A DNA stretch of 64,000 bases from Chiloscyllium plagiosum (taxonomy: Eukaryota), in contig NC_057719.1 of the NCBI RefSeq assembly GCF_004010195.1, positions 73,535,447 through 73,599,446 on the forward strand. The letters run 5' to 3'. Of the stretch, positions 61,975 through 64,000 are shown piece after piece (the first letter of the stretch is position 1; each line of letters begins with the position of its first letter). The notes under the pieces were generated by a model. It was not told where the DNA came from. It was given only the letters and a program-made list of their open reading frames with translations, and searched no databases. A program made the position numbers and the translations under genes.

Positions 61975-62285
61975 GGGTGGCATGGAGGCTCAGTAGTTAG
62001 CACTGTTGCCTTACAGCACCAAGGACCTGGGTTCGATTCTAGCCTCAGGCGACTGCCTGTGTGGAAATTGTACATTCTCCGTGTATATATTGGTTCACTC
62101 TGGGTGCTCTCACAGTCCAAAGATGCACAGGTTAAGTGGATTGATCATACTAAATTGCCCTTTAGTACCCAGGGTTAGATGGATTAGCCATGGGAAATGC
62201 AGGGTCATAGGGTACAGATGTGGGATGCTGTTTGGAGTGGGGGTATGGGCTAAATAGTCTGCTTCCATTCTGTAGGGATTCTGTG
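61975..62285 (+). mobile_element. HE1-type SINE
   Basis: GGGTGGCATGGAGGCTCAGTAGTTAGCAC...GGGTTCGATTC...CACAGTCCAAAGATGCACAGGTTA. Confidence 0.88.
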
Positions 62286-63049
62286 AACTGTTTCAGGAAA
62301 CCATTATTCTTTACCAATAATGTTAACAGATTTGCTCTGGCTATTGTGCCCTTATTTTAATAACTCTTTATAAATGGTAATGGAACTAGTCAATGTTTTC
62401 CCGATGTGCTACAATCGTACCCCGTGTCAATGATGGTATTGCCATATCTCCAATGGAGTAATAAAGTTTGCTCCCTCCCTCCCAGTGAATAGGCTGTAAA
62501 GACTCTCTCTTTGAATTGAATATTTCACCAATTGTTCAAAAGTCCTTGACAGCTTCATGTTCTAGGTTTTTGAGTGAGACTGCACACCGCTCTCCACATT
62601 TAAGAGGTTTGAAGCAAAATGACTGCGTTGTGGCACAGTGCTGACAGTCATTTTCCTCCAAGGTTAGTGAATTGAAATCTAGTGAGTTGCTCGGGAGGTC
62701 GTGATAATTGCTGGTGATTTCTGCTAATAATTCCGAGTTCTTGCAGTTTTACAGGTCAATGGGATTTGATAAAAGGAGATGTAAACATTAAATCAAGTAG
62801 AAAAGCTGAGTGGGTTTGAACTGGGAAGGAAATCACATGCATAAAGCACAACCGTGTCTCTCAGGAGGTCCTTTCTTCCTCCATCAAATCAGTTACCTGC
62901 CAACTCTTCATTGAAGCACGGATTGAATTTCACAAAGACATGTAAGACTGTAACATGACATCCATAAAGAGAAAAGACCTTTCATTTCTGTAATTCCTTT
63001 CATGACAACTGGACATTCCACAGAAAAATAGAACTAATATCACATTATT

Positions 63050-64000
63050 ATGTTACAGTAACGTTAACAATAAACTGCCTACTACTCTTCAAGATACAAT
63101 CATCTCATATTTACTTAACCCAAATTAAAATAAACACAAATTAAATGAAATAGCATTAAACTAAATTACAATCCAACAAAACTAAATTACATTACATTAC
63201 ATCACTCCACTCCCTGCACCTCCACTGAAGCTCCCATCCACAGGAGGGACAGTTATTAGACCCATATTTACTGGCACCCCCCGGCTGGGTCCCCAGACCT
63301 CCATATATGGCCCTCATGGCTATATAAAGGCCCTAGTCAGTATCGCTGACGGATCCATGTCTATGTAATTTAGAAAGGGCCACCAGGTCTTACAAAATTG
63401 CTCTGTTCCATGGCACACCATACTGATCAGATAACCTTGGGGGACGTGCTCCATCACAAGTCAGCGCCACTCTGCAAAACCTAGAGGTTTTTCTAATATC
63501 CAGTTCATTAGAATGTTCTTCCTCGCACAGTGTGTAAAAATGTTAAATAACCTCTTCCCGTGCTCAACCAGAGAGGGCAGTTTCGGCAGTCCCAAAAGAA
63601 GGGATACCGGATCCTCCTTAACTTCAATTCCCAGGATCTTCACTATGGCACCCCAGTATCCGCGAATCTTGTAACAGGGCCAAAAGCAATGTGTGAGGGT
63701 GCCAACACTGTTTTTACATTTGGGACATTTCAGAGAAATCCTTCCTTAAACTTTGCTAACCTCTCTGGTGCTATAAGGGCCCTGTGGAGCATCTTCAATT
63801 GCATCGCTTATGCTTTATTGCATATTGAAATTTTCTTTACACTCCCCCATGTATCCTCCCATGTTTCCGATGAGATATCTTCCCCTAATTCCTGTTTCCA
63901 AATCCCATGGACTCTCTACATATCTCTCAGGGCATTCCCTCTCTGCAGATGATGTATGGTATTAACCGAGAGAGCACCCCGTACATCGGAGCACTCTTCT
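63050..64000 (-). mobile_element. L1-clade LINE, ORF2 C-terminal cysteine-rich region and 3' UTR (truncated by the window end)
   Basis: Minus-strand QLKMLHRA...CPKCKNSVGTLTHCFWPCYKIRGYW...ILGIEVKEDPVSLLLG...ARKNILMNW (CCHC motif of fish-type L1). Confidence 0.85.

Overview
Eukaryotic, repeat-rich vertebrate DNA, almost certainly from a shark. HE1-type and SacSINE1/Deu-type SINEs, shark CR1 LINEs and a Penelope family that I associate with carpet/bamboo sharks point that way; the species is inferred, not proven. The only host coding sequence I can support is the first coding exon of a beta-spectrin gene (SPTB-like, + strand, 57501-57651), which the ORF track misses. The rest is probably its large first intron and upstream region, with a candidate erythroid-type promoter and non-coding first exon near 20.8-21.1 kb. 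The window is layered with decayed CR1, L2, RTE and L1 LINEs, SINEs, Harbinger remnants and Tigger-like MITEs. The most striking structure is a set of Penelope-like element (PLE) insertions from three families, each carrying a minimal hammerhead ribozyme motif. Many are small hairpin-shaped insertions flanked by 12-16 bp target-site duplications (TSDs), with a ~35-nt tail at only one end. One is a 2.7-kb inverted pair inside a single TSD. Two assembly gaps are present (56169-56668 and 60535-61265). Repeat boundaries were read by eye and are approximate unless a TSD or TIR is quoted.
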